64,000 bases of DNA. Origin: the human T2T-CHM13v2.0 reference genome, Homo sapiens. Under the pieces are notes generated by a model. It saw only the letters and a list, made by a program, of their open reading frames with translations, was not told where the DNA came from and did no database searches. Location: assembly GCF_009914755.1 (NCBI RefSeq), contig NC_060931.1. One strand, 5' to 3'. Position numbers and translations under genes: made by a program. Below are positions 13,878-37,110 of the stretch, in pieces (the first letter of the stretch is position 1; each line of letters opens with the position of its first letter).

Positions 13878-15299
13878 GCTGTGGCCCACAGGCCACGTGC
13901 TTTCCAGCCATGCTCTTTTGCCTCCTCACAGCAGTGCCATTCTGCATATGGGAAGCTAGAAGAGCGAGGCATCCCACGGCTGTCCAGACAGTAAGGAATG
14001 AGTGTCACCCGCTCTCAGGCTGTCTCCTGGCACAGCCCCCAAACCGCTCCAAGGGATAGAGATTTACCTGCTTATTACCGAGGAGATTCCCCAGCTTCCT
14101 CACAACACATTGCTCTGTTCAACTCACCCCAGGACTCTCTAGGCCTGGATGTGATGCCAGGGGGTGCCCAGTGCAAGGGCACCCATGCTTGGATGGTTCT
14201 GGGGTCAATTTTCCTTCAGAGCAGCCCTTACCCAGTGACGTCTCTGAATCAACTCCCACCTCACCCCAGCCAGCCCCACCTCATCTGGCCTTCCCCAACC
14301 TCCCTCACCATCTTCAGCAAAACCCTACCTCCTGCCTCACCTCCCCAGCCTGCCCTGGGAGGCCACTCTCTCCCACTCCTTCCTTACTAGTGTGCATGAA
14401 AAGAAAAGGAATTTCTTTTGCAGTTTATCCTCTGAACAGCCTCTGAAAAAAGTTGAAGGACACGCTGCAAAGTGTGAAAAAAACAGGGCCTGAGCTTGCC
14501 AAGAGGGTCCAAGTGGTTACTTTAATCATGTGGAACAGCCCCCTTTTCATGGAAAATTTTCTACTCCAACACCTGTGGCCATTAAAGGTGCCCTCGGCTC
14601 TTTCCTACCCGGGATCCCAGGGGTCACTCTCCAACTGAGGCTGGCTGCCAGCTCTGGTCATTACTCCTGTGCCCCTCCTCTGTGCCTTCCTCAGCCCTTC
14701 CCAGCCCAGCCCTGCTTTGCCCCAGGCCTGCTGGGTGCAGGCATGCAGTCCTTCCTGGCTTCCCTTGCCTCTCTGCAGTTTCTGAAATGAACACTTCAGT
14801 GAGACGAGGTTCCCTCCTGTTGCACTGGTTGCTCTCTGAGGCTTCTTGGGACAGGCCTGTCTCTGTCCCCCTGCCACCTCTGACTCTCTGCTTCCTCCAG
14901 AGTCTTCCTTAGGCAGGCTCACTTCCCCGGACCCTGGAGATGCTCCAGTGCCTTCCATCCCCCAGGCTGAAGTGCCCTGTGCCTCCTCTCAACTCAGAGA
15001 CAGGGAAGCCCTGGAGAAACAGCCCCACCAGCCCTTTTTTGATCTGCTGTTCCTCTGCATGCCCAGTTTTCGTTTTCAGATTGTGTATGCTGCTTTGGGT
15101 TTGCAATTGATCATCAGTGTGCTTGGGATAGTGTGCAGCCCCCTCCCCACCATTCTTTGGTGAAAAACTGGGATGCAGAGGAGTGAAGAGATTTCCCTAA
15201 AGTTCCGCAGTGTCTGCCAAGACAGGGAAGGACTGGGCATAGACTGTGGAAGCCAGACCTCCTGAAGGACTTGCCCCAGCTTTCTCTCCCCATCTCCTT

Positions 15300-16020
15300 A
15301 CTTGCTCCATGGTCCACCCAACCTTGCCTCCTCCATCACACTGCAGACACAGCTCTTACTCAGGCCACTAGTGACCTGTGTCTCTAAATCCCATAGACAT
15401 TTTCTCTCCTCATCTTGCCTTCTTGACAGCATTGGACACTTGCTTCCCTCCGCTGCTCAGGACATTCTCTTCGTCTGCTTCTGTGCATCCTCCTGCTCCT
15501 TGTTTTCCTGACCACACAGGCCAGTTCTTTGTGGGAGGCCTGTTCTCCAGCACTTGAAAGCTGGCGCTCCTCTGGGATCAGGTCTGGGTTCTCTTCCCAT
15601 TCTCAACTTTCTTCCTTTGCAAGCTCACCCTGACCCACTGCTTCTACCACCATCCACATGTCTCCAGCCCTGCGCTCTCCTGGGTGCTCCATCTGCCTCC
15701 TTTCTGATATCATTTGGATGCCACAAAGACGCCTCAAAAATAATTTGCCTAGAACTGAATCCATGATCTTTCTCAAGACTCCAATGTTGCACAAGGCCAC
15801 AATCATCATTGAACAAAGTGGGGCCCTACTCTTTACCCCAAACTTGGTCCCCTTGGTACTTCTGAACCCACTGAATAGGACCAACCAAACAGGGCTGCAG
15901 GCTGGAAATCACAGAGTCATTCTCAATGCCTCCTTCTCTCTGTCCCCCTGCCAGATGCAATCCGTCCCCTGGTCCCCTGTCCTGTGCGAGCTGCTATCAC
16001 CTCCACACTTCAATGTTACC
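15300..16020 (+). mobile_element. Degenerate L2 LINE fragment
   Basis: L2 ORF2/3'-like text (TTGACAGCATTGGACAC, GAAATCACAGAGTCATTCTCAATGCCTCCTTCTCT). Confidence 0.55.
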
Positions 16021-16848
16021 ACATGATATAGCAGGTGGTGAAAGTGGAAATGAGGACCAGGGACAGATGGAGACTGACTACTGAGATGGTGATTTTCTAG
16101 CTCCCAATCTAGAATTTGGACTACATCCCTGTAGGAAAGTGTGTCTAGGAAATTGCATCCAGTTAGGAAAATAAACATGGTAGTCAGTGCATCCATACCC
16201 AAGCCAGGTGACACAGACTATACCACATTGCTTGGTATGGAAGGTGGCATCCAGCCATGGATGGTGTTGACCTTTTGTGTCCAGAGCTTTGTTTTCCTGT
16301 AAGGCCATTTAAATATGCAGGAGCAATTCAAAATATTGAAAGCCATTCCTAAGTCAAGGGGAAAAAAACAGGCACTTTCAAAATAATATGATTCCCCTGA
16401 TATTATTCAAGTGTGAAGCAGACTACCAGAGGGTGGCCCGCACAGCTCATTTGTTTCTATACTGCCCACAGTACCCAACAGAATGCTTAGCACGCAGCAG
16501 CTTCCTACAAGTATCTTGAGTAAGTGAACGTGTGCCTTCTAAAATATACGGGACTCACTGGTCAAGTGCTGGAAAACATCAAGCATGATTCAATGATAAT
16601 CAGAAGAGGCACTAAAGGTGACCCAATCTCTAAATGTCTCCTTGGCCCAGACTTTTCTTTCTGCCAATTTAGTTCTTGCTAAAACAATACTTTTACTAAT
16701 GACCCAGGAAGGAGTGGGCAGAGCTGGGCAGCTAAAGAGGTGGTGACAGTGGGAGGGGAGCTCCCTACAGCCATGTCACTGGTACCTGGGCCCTCCATCT
16801 GGGCATCCCAAGTTTCAAGGTGAGCTTACTAAAAAGCCTCAGGTCTCA

Positions 16849-20948
<4,100 letters not shown>

Positions 20949-20989
20949 GTAAGTCCAGACCCACAGACGCATTCATCAGGGGGATCCTG

Positions 20990-21560
20990 GGGGCAATGGA
21001 AAGAGTCACGAGACCTAGGCTGTGCTTCCAACGACGCCACTCAGTACCTTGGGCCTTGGGGGCTCATTAACACCGGGCTCGCCTCCATTACCTCCTCCGG
21101 GAAGTGGTTGGAATCGAGGTCTGAAAGCACGGAGTTCACGGAAAGGCCAGGGGCGCCAACCGGGATGGGCGCGGTGGGCCCGGGTTCACGCCTCCAGGAG
21201 CAAGGCACAGACCAGAGTGGTGGGGACCTGCGCTCGCCCAGGCCCCGAGGCCCGCTCCCCGCTCCCTCTGCCGCGCCGGGCAAGGCCTCACCTCGCAAAG
21301 CCCCACGAAGAGGATCTTGGCCTTCAGCATCTTTGTCCGCCGCGGCGCAGCCGCCGGAGCCCACCGGAGCCGGCGCGTTAGGGCGGAGCCCTCCTTGGCC
21401 GCTTTCGTTTCCATGGCGACGGCGAGCGGCCCGCAGGGGCAGATGGGACTCGGCCACTTTCGGCACGCTGGGCTGAAAGTGGGCGCGTCTGCGACTGGGA
21501 GGGGGTCGGAGAGAAGCCACAAAGCCCGGGCTGCAGAGGCGGTTCTGCAGGGTTGGCCTC
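20990..21560 (-). promoter_or_regulatory. CpG-island promoter duplicated from IFT22, with RFX X-box (21407-21420) and GC box (21381-21388)
   Basis: High CpG density; GTCGCCATGGAAAC on the minus strand fits the RFX X-box typical of ciliary genes; lies directly upstream of the IFT22-like ATG. Confidence 0.8.
21292..21330 (-). pseudogene. IFT22: Duplicated IFT22 (RABL5) coding exon 1 fragment, MLKAKILFVGLCE, with intact GTGAGG donor; no downstream exons found
   Basis: Matches the IFT22 N-terminus MLKAKILFVGPCE (P11L); 39 nt ending at a phase-0 donor at 21291. Symbol is the parent gene. Confidence 0.88.
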
Positions 21561-21561
21561 C

Positions 21562-24177
<2,616 letters not shown>

Positions 24178-24377
24178 TGTTAATGTTACTTTCAAGCAAA
24201 CCTTCAAAAGTTTATTCCAAGGCCTTGCTCTCATAGCAGCAAAGCCTGTCTGTTGCACAGTGGGGCTCTTGGTAGCATCTTCCTTTTGGTGGATGCTGTG
24301 CAGAGCCAGGGCACTAAGGCATGTTAACCTTGAGGACATCGGACCTGGCTGGCCTGACTGTGGGGTCTCCCTCCCAG

Positions 24378-24512
24378 GACATGGTGAGCCATAGCCGGGG
24401 CAGTGCCTTTCAAAGCTGCTCTCATGGAGCACTTAGCCCTAATCCAGCCCTTCAGGGAGGAGGTGCAGAGACTCATGGCAGAGCACCCCCTACACCTGAT
24501 GCCCGGCATAAG
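24378..24512 (+). pseudogene. PSPH: Unprocessed PSPH pseudogene exon (codons ~47-92), 135 nt, with an R50* nonsense change
   Basis: Translates TW*AIAGAVPFKAALMEHLALIQPFREEVQRLMAEHPLHLMPGIR versus PSPH TRRAMGGAVPFKAALTERLALIQPSREQVQRLIAEQPPHLTPGIR; CTCCCAG acceptor and GTAAGA donor intact. Symbol is the parent gene. Confidence 0.93.
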
Positions 24513-24654
24513 GTAAGAGAAGCCCCGGCTCCAGGTGTATTTCAGCACCAGTGTTGGGGGGCGCATCCTTGTGAGAGCATCTAACTATTCCTTTAGAGCG
24601 CCCTCTGGGTGGTTCATTTATTTTCATTTTTATTCTTTAATTTTATTATTTTAA

Positions 24655-26705
<2,051 letters not shown>

Positions 26706-26868
26706 AAACATATATAAAACATTAACTGCCCAGGCAATATACCTTGTCAAATATACCTCAGGCAAATGCATTCAGGAGAAGAAAATATATCCTAATTTCC
26801 TCTTCGTGTTTCTTTTTTTTTCCTTTTGTATTACTCAATGTTTGATATTTTGTATTTTATTTTTTCAG

Positions 26869-27014
26869 GGAGCTGGTAAGTCTCCTACAGGAGCTAAATG
26901 TTCTGGTTTTCCTAACACCTGGTTGCTTTAGGAGTATTGTAGAGCATGTTGCTTCAAAGCTCAATATCCCAGCAACCAATGTATTTGCCAATAAGCAGAA
27001 ATTCTACTTTAACG
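26869..27014 (+). pseudogene. PSPH: Unprocessed PSPH pseudogene exon (codons ~92-141), 146 nt; HAD motif II Ser109 changed to Pro
   Basis: Translates ELVSLLQELNVLVFLTPGCFRSIVEHVASKLNIPATNVFANKQKFYFN versus PSPH ELVSRLQERNVQVFLISGGFRSIVEHVASKLNIPATNVFANRLKFYFN; TTTTCAG acceptor and GTAAGA donor intact. Confidence 0.94.
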
Positions 27015-27365
27015 GTAAGATGTTAATGGTAACACATTCCCTTTCTTAGCAGTTCTGTTATTCAGTATTCTGGGTAGTGTCTGTTGTTATGAAACAGTCA
27101 CATCACAGTTAAATATTGAGATAAATGGTTATCTTAATTGATGTCCTTTGCCCTGTGGTACCCTTTGCTCAGCAAAATAGACTTAGGTCATCATCTGTCC
27201 TAGCTTTATTATCTATAACATCACCTGTCTGTACATAAATGTCTGCATTTAGTGAAACATTAATTCCTACGTAGCCCCTATGACTTACTTTCCTATATGT
27301 TATATTTCAACTTTATGGGAGCTTCTATGCATTTGAAGCAATTTAGACTCAAGGAGGAGACTTTT

Positions 27366-27672
<307 letters not shown>

Positions 27673-28059
27673 GGGAGGAGCCAAGATGGCCGAATAGGAA
27701 GAGTTCCAGTCTACAGCTCCCAGCGTGAGCGACGCAGAAGACGGGTGATTTCTGCATTTCCATCTGAGCTTTGAAGAGAGCAGTGGTTCTCCCAGCACGC
27801 AGCTGGAGATCTGAGAATGGGCAGACTGCCTCCTCAAGTGGGTCCCTGACCCCTGACCCCTGGCCCCCAAGTAGCCTAACTGGGAGGCACCCCCCAGCAG
27901 GGGCAGACTGACACCTCACACGGCCAGGTACTCCAACAGACCTGCAGCTGAGGGTTCTGTCTGTTAGAAGGAAAACTAACAAACAGAAAGGACATCCACA
28001 CCAAAAACCCATCTGTACATCACCATCATCAAAGACCAAAAGTAGATAAAACCACAAAG

Positions 28060-29076
28060 ATGGGGAAAAAACAGAACAGAAAAACTGGAAACGCTAAAAA
28101 GCAGAGCGCCTCTCCTCCTCCAAAGGAATGCAGTTCCTCACCAGCAATGGAACAAAGCTGGACGGAGAATGACTTTGACAAGCTGAGAGAAGAAGGCTTC
28201 AGATGATCAAATTACTCCGAGCTATGGGAGGACATTCAAACCAAAGGCAAAGAAGTTGAAAACTTTGAAAAAAATTTAGAAGAATGTATAACTAGAATAA
28301 CCAATACAGAGAAGTGCTTAAAGGAGCTGATGGAGCTGAAAACCAAGGCTCGAGAACTACGTGAAGAATGCAGAAGCCTCAGAAGCCGATGCGATCAACT
28401 GGAAGAAAGGGTATCAGCGATGGAAGATGAAATGAATGAAATGAAGCGAGAAGGGAAGTTTAGACAAAAAAGAATAAAAAGAAATGAACAAAGCCTCCAA
28501 GAAATATGGGACTATGTGAAAAGACCAAATCTACGTCTGACTGGTGTACCTGAAAGTGACGGGGAGAATGGAACCAAGTTGGAAAACACTCTGCAGGATA
28601 TTATCCAGGAGAACTTCCCCAATCTAGCAAGGCAGGCCAACATTCAGATTCAGGAAATACAGAGAATGCCACAAAGATACTCCTCGAGAAGAGCAACTCC
28701 AAGACACATAATTGTCAGATTCATCAAAGTTGAAATGAAGGAAAAAATGTTAAGGGCAGCCAGAGAGAAAGGTCGGGTTACCCACAAAGGGAAGCCCATC
28801 AGACTAACAGCAGATCTCTCAGCAGAAACTCTACAAGCCAGAAGAGAGTGGGGGCCAATATTCAACATTCTTAAAGAAAAGAATTTTCAACCCAGAATTT
28901 CATATCCAGTCAAACTAAGCTTCATAAGTGAAGGAGAAATAAAATACTTTACAGACAAGCCAATGCTGAGAGATTTTGTCACCACCACGCCTGCCCTAAA
29001 AGAGCTCCTGAAGGAAGCGCTAAACATGGAAAGGAACAACTGGTACCAGCCGCTGCAAAATCATGCCAAAATGTAA
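28060..29076 (+). pseudogene. L1 ORF1p (1017 nt) with a premature TGA at codon 49
   Basis: ATGGGGAAAAAACAG start, ...NHAKM-stop end; TGA at 28204-28206 (CGA>TGA). Confidence 0.92.
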
Positions 29077-29139
29077 AGACCATCAAGACTAAGAAGAAAC
29101 TGCATCAACTAACGAGCAAAATAACCAGCTAACATCATA

Positions 29140-31508
<2,369 letters not shown>

Positions 31509-32147
31509 TGATCTTTATCACATGCTGCCAGATGCTGAAGAGAAATAGAAGCAACAGCAATATGGGAGTTACCCTCTCTAAAGCCCAACTGAAAATCCCT
31601 GGAGTCAGAAGTTTCACAAACAGAAAAACAACATACTTATCCTGAATCAGGGAAGGAGAAACAATTCAAACATCTAAATTTAAATTGCTATGAGAATACT
31701 GACTTGTTAGAAACTGAAGGAGCGAGCAATGCTTCTAAATTCCACGCTTTTCCATCAGAATACAGAGATAGACAACCTCGAAATGCAGTTTCTTCACAAT
31801 TGTCTTATCCAGTCATAATATTAATTACCCTATGAATCAAATCATAAAATAAATATTAAACTCATGACATATTCTCTGACTAAAAGAAGGCAAGATAAAC
31901 TGAACGGTTAGTTGTCAGTGCAGTAAATTATGTACAAGAATCTTATCGCTGCATTTTATAATAATGATGGAATTAGAAATAATCTAAGTTTCTATCAAAG
32001 AACAAACAGTGAAATAAATCTTGTATATCCATTCTTTGGAATACATTTAAGACATTAAAAATAGAGAGTTAGAATCTCATGCATTGATATGGAATAATGT
32101 AAATGATATATTGCTTATGAAATAGCAAAATAAAAAAAATAGTATGA

Positions 32148-32525
<378 letters not shown>

Positions 32526-34400
32526 TAATTAGAAAAAGAAAATTACACGCATTGTTACCATTTGGTAGGAGGGCAATAGTTTTGTTTTCATCAGTATTTG
32601 AATTACAGGTTCGTGCAAGCACAAACCTGGAAGAGAAATCCCAGGGAATAATTAGAACAAAAAAATCACACTGCAAAAAGTGAGTGGGTGTTATCTTCAC
32701 ATAACAACAAGCATTCCAGGTGAGTGCTGGTCAGGACCTACTGCTGATCCAGCTCCCTCAAATCACCTAAGCCCTGCCAAGGGGAAGGTGGAGGACAGGG
32801 AAGGCCAAGTGCCAGCAAGTGCTCTCCCCAACCGAAGGCCTCTTTCTGCAAGTTTCCTGTCATTAAGAAGAAAACGGAGTCCAGATGGGATGTGGACCCC
32901 TTTGGGACACTGGCAGAGAAACACAAAGAATATGCCACAGTCATACCTTAGAGGAAGACTTCTAGGTTGAGACTTGATTTCATCAAAAGCTTGTGTGAAG
33001 TAAATAAAGCTACTCTACCTCTCCAAGTGTCAGTTTCCTCACCTATAAAATGAGAACCACGTGTCAACTTCATCAAATTGTTGCCAGAGTTAAATTCACA
33101 AAGATATTGAAAAGTGACTGTCACTGTTACTGCAAGGGTCCACATTATTAAAAAAAAAAAAGGAAAAAAAACAGCAACGGACTTCAAAATACACAAAAGG
33201 AATAATGTCCATATGTCCAAAGACAAGATGATCAGCTTTTGAAGCAGCCTGAGGCACGTGAGAATGAGATCTATCCCTAACTAGAGCTCTTCACAGCTCC
33301 ACTGAAGACGACACACACGGGGTCCCAAGAAGCTAAGTGCATGGCCAGTGTAGAGTGACTGGTGTAGTGAGGGTGGAATCCCTAAAGACCCTCTGAAATG
33401 CAGTCACACAACAGGCTCCCAGGAAACACTGGACCAAACCAGGCAGCTGAGCAGATACTACCAGGAATGGGGTGAGCAGAGGAGGGTCAGAGCCACAAAT
33501 CTCAGCAGAATACACCAAACTGCAAGGAGCTCCTGGCTCTGTGTACAGCAGCTGTGGCTGCATCAGGACCAATCTTGTGAGGCAGCTGCTGGGGACAGCT
33601 GAGATCACGTGTTTTTGCAGCCACACACCCAACAGCAGTGCCTCTTGAACACAGATCACAAAATCCTCTTCATTCATCTTTAAGGTGACGGATGATGGAT
33701 GACCTCACGTTACAACATCCCCACCAACACTTGCAGACAAGTGTATTTAGAAACTCCCACCTGAAGAGGGAACAGTCAGGAGTAGAATGAAAATAGTGAG
33801 GGATGGGGGAGGAAGGCAGGTACTTGACCCCACAGACTACTGAAAACAAGGGAAGAGCTGTTATGCTGTGGTCTCCCTATACTTCACCTCACCACATCCA
33901 TAGATGCCACATGGTTCTTGTTCCTTTATTTACAAAGGTACTGATGAGCCCGTGTGTAATTGATCCTGAAGGAGTAAATTCTTCACAAAGTACAATAACA
34001 GTGTCTAATATCCATGACCAGAATTTTTAGGCTTTTTTAAAATAGTAATCCACATTCAGGAATCAGAAATGAAGCCTGTTGGAATGTGTGATATGAACAA
34101 GGTCTTACTTTTATGTAGATTAACACCTTGTTTTTTACGGATTAAACATAAAAGCTGGCGCCATTCCAGAATCAAAGGAACTGTCCCTGAGGACACATGG
34201 AATTAAGGGACATCAATTATTAGGAAGCTACACGAAACCAGAAGTGCTCCCAGAAGTTTCTATTGTCTAGACATAAAAATTAAACAGATCAGCCCGAGAG
34301 AGTAAAGGTACCTCCGTGAGTGCCGGGGGTGATGAACATTCCATTCAAAGCAAAGTTGTGAAGCCTGAGGAGTTTCAAAGACTCCCCAAGTTCTCCATAC

Positions 34401-35340
34401 CTTGAAAGTCGCTCCCACAAAGCTGGAGCACCACCGGTTTCTGAGGATCAGGTTGCCATCTGTGCCTTTGAGACACTGGCCAGTCAGGCCTCAGTTGAGA
34501 TGAGGCCAATGATGTCACGTGTAAAATGCCTAAACTATCTTCATCTTTGGGTAGCTATTTAGGCGACTTTCCACCAAATGGGTTGGTGGAAAATGGCGCA
34601 CCAGAGACACACGCCTGGGATGTGAGATTTTCTCCTCTACTCTTAGCATCTCCTGGGTAAACCAATAATGAACCTCTCTGCCGCCTCAACATCCACATCC
34701 AAGAAAAAGGCGCTGGTGAGGGTGACATTTTCACGAAACCACAGTCCATGTTACCCCCTGCAAAGCTCTGAACTTGTGCACTGGCGGGCCAGGCGGCGGA
34801 TTTCTCCCCATAGCGGCTGCACTGCGCTCTGGCTGGAGAGAAAAGAGGGCAGCGGCACAATGGACAGCGCCTGGACCTCAGGCCAGTTCCCACAGCAGCT
34901 TAGGAAAGCAGGTGGGTCCCTGAGCTGGAGGAGGCGTGATGTCCAGGAAAGACCCCGGGTGCAGGTGGAAGAGGGAACCCAGACTAGCAGCGGGAAGTGG
35001 GGTGAGGACAACACCCATCCGAGTTGGACAAGGGCGAGGAGCACTTCGCGGCGTCACGCCCTCCTCACTGCCCAGCCTGGACCTGCCCCTCCTGTCCCTC
35101 TCCGGACTCACATCCCATGGCAAGGAGGTGCCCGCGATCAGTAGCCAGCATCGCTGTGGAAGCGGCGAGGTCCACACTGCCCTGCCCAACCCTCTTGGGC
35201 TGCCCGCCTCCTCTCATGTTTCCTGCTGGGATTCTAGTCCAGCCGCCTCGTCATCAACGGGCGGGGAACAGTTAAGAGCTACCGTTTCCAGCCTGCCTGG
35301 CCAGGCGCGCCCCGCCCCGCCCCACTCCTCCCACAAGAAC
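34401..35340 (-). ncRNA. Candidate first exon region of a minus-strand lncRNA from the CpG promoter
   Basis: Minus-strand donor TTTCAAG|GTATGG at 34401/34400 downstream of the promoter; no recognisable protein. From memory this may correspond to LINC00174/GS1-124K5-type transcripts (unverified). TSS is not determined by the sequence. Confidence 0.35.
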
Positions 35341-35700
35341 TGCGCCCCGCCCCCGAGCCCGGAGCATGCTGGGATTGTAGTCCCGAAGCGCTTGAAACAA
35401 CGGGCGGGAGCGGTGAAAAGACTACAGCTCCCAGCATGTACAGCAAGCCCGGCGCAGCCCTGCTTCGCCCTTCAAGACTGCGCGCCGTCCCGTGTTCATG
35501 CTGGCTGGAATTGTAATCCGGTCGCCCTGCAATTAAAAAACTGGAAGCTAATCAAAGATGATAAGTCCTAGTATGCCAGGCTTAGCTCCCGCCCTCCAAT
35601 CCACACCTCCCCGAGTCCAGAGCAGTTCTGCCATGCCAAGGGGAGCCTGGCTGTTCCCAAACCTCTCCTACCTGCCAAGTTTCAGCGGGACCAGGGCGGC
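34600..35700. promoter_or_regulatory. CpG-rich, probably bidirectional promoter with multiple ZNF143/THAP11-type (ACTACAnnTCCCAGnATGC) sites and GC boxes
   Basis: Sites at 35222-35239 (-), 35364-35382 (-, GACTACAATCCCAGCATGC), 35420-35439 (+, GACTACAGCTCCCAGCATGT), 35497-35518 (-, degenerate); GC boxes near 35309, 35344, 35402; YY1-like AAAATGGCG near 34590. Confidence 0.8.
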
Positions 35701-36514
35701 TGGTCTAATTTTTCTGTCCGCTCTCCACCTAGAACTCAATCACTCCATAGGTCTCTAAGACTCTTCAGTTTCTTTAAGCTTTTTCACTCTTATATTCAGA
35801 ATGGGCAATTTCTATTGCTCTATCTTCTGTTTCTAATCTTTGAATAAGCTCAAAAGTATTTTTTAAATTTCCTTATCTTCCTATTGTTTCATAATTTCCA
35901 TTTCTTTGCTGAGGTTCCACATCTCTTCATTCATTGTTAGAATATTTTCCTTTACCCCCATGAACAGATTTATAATAGCTGCCTTTAAACATCTTGAATT
36001 ACAACACCTTGAATATCTTAGGATCACTTCTACTATCTTCTTGTTAAATTATGTATGGATCCCATTTTCATGTTTCTTCACACATCTCATGAATTTTAAA
36101 GTTGTGTACTAAAACTGTAAGGAATTATAAAGATGCTCAATTCTGTTGTGTAACTTTGAAGAGCAGTGTTATGTTTTATAAAAGATGTTAATTGGGCTGG
36201 ATTCAAACATCAATACCTATCTCCCCTATAGTGGGCATAGCTGAAATCCTCATTCAGTTCTTACTCACACATAGGTCATATTTGTATTATATAGATGTGT
36301 TTCTATAACAATATATATTATTCGGATGTCATCATTATAATCTGTGTTAATTCAACAAGCTACTCCAGTATTACTGAAAGCCAGGACCTCAGTTTTGTCT
36401 GCTTATTGGATTTTGTATAAATCACATTATACAGTATGTATACTTTCATATCTACTTACTTTTAAGGAACATTGTATTTGTGATATTCATTCATGCTGTT
36501 GCAAATAGCTATAG

Positions 36515-37110
<596 letters not shown>

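Noticed and set aside
24381-24395. MVSHS looked like the true PSPH start codon region
   Set aside because: It lies in an alternative frame of an internal exon and is not followed by ELRKLF...DVDST; the match is coincidental.
34555-35758. Overlapping ORFs up to 211 aa at the second CpG island; considered a NUPR2-like or other small gene
   Set aside because: No recognisable protein in any frame; long ORFs are expected in GC-rich, stop-poor DNA.
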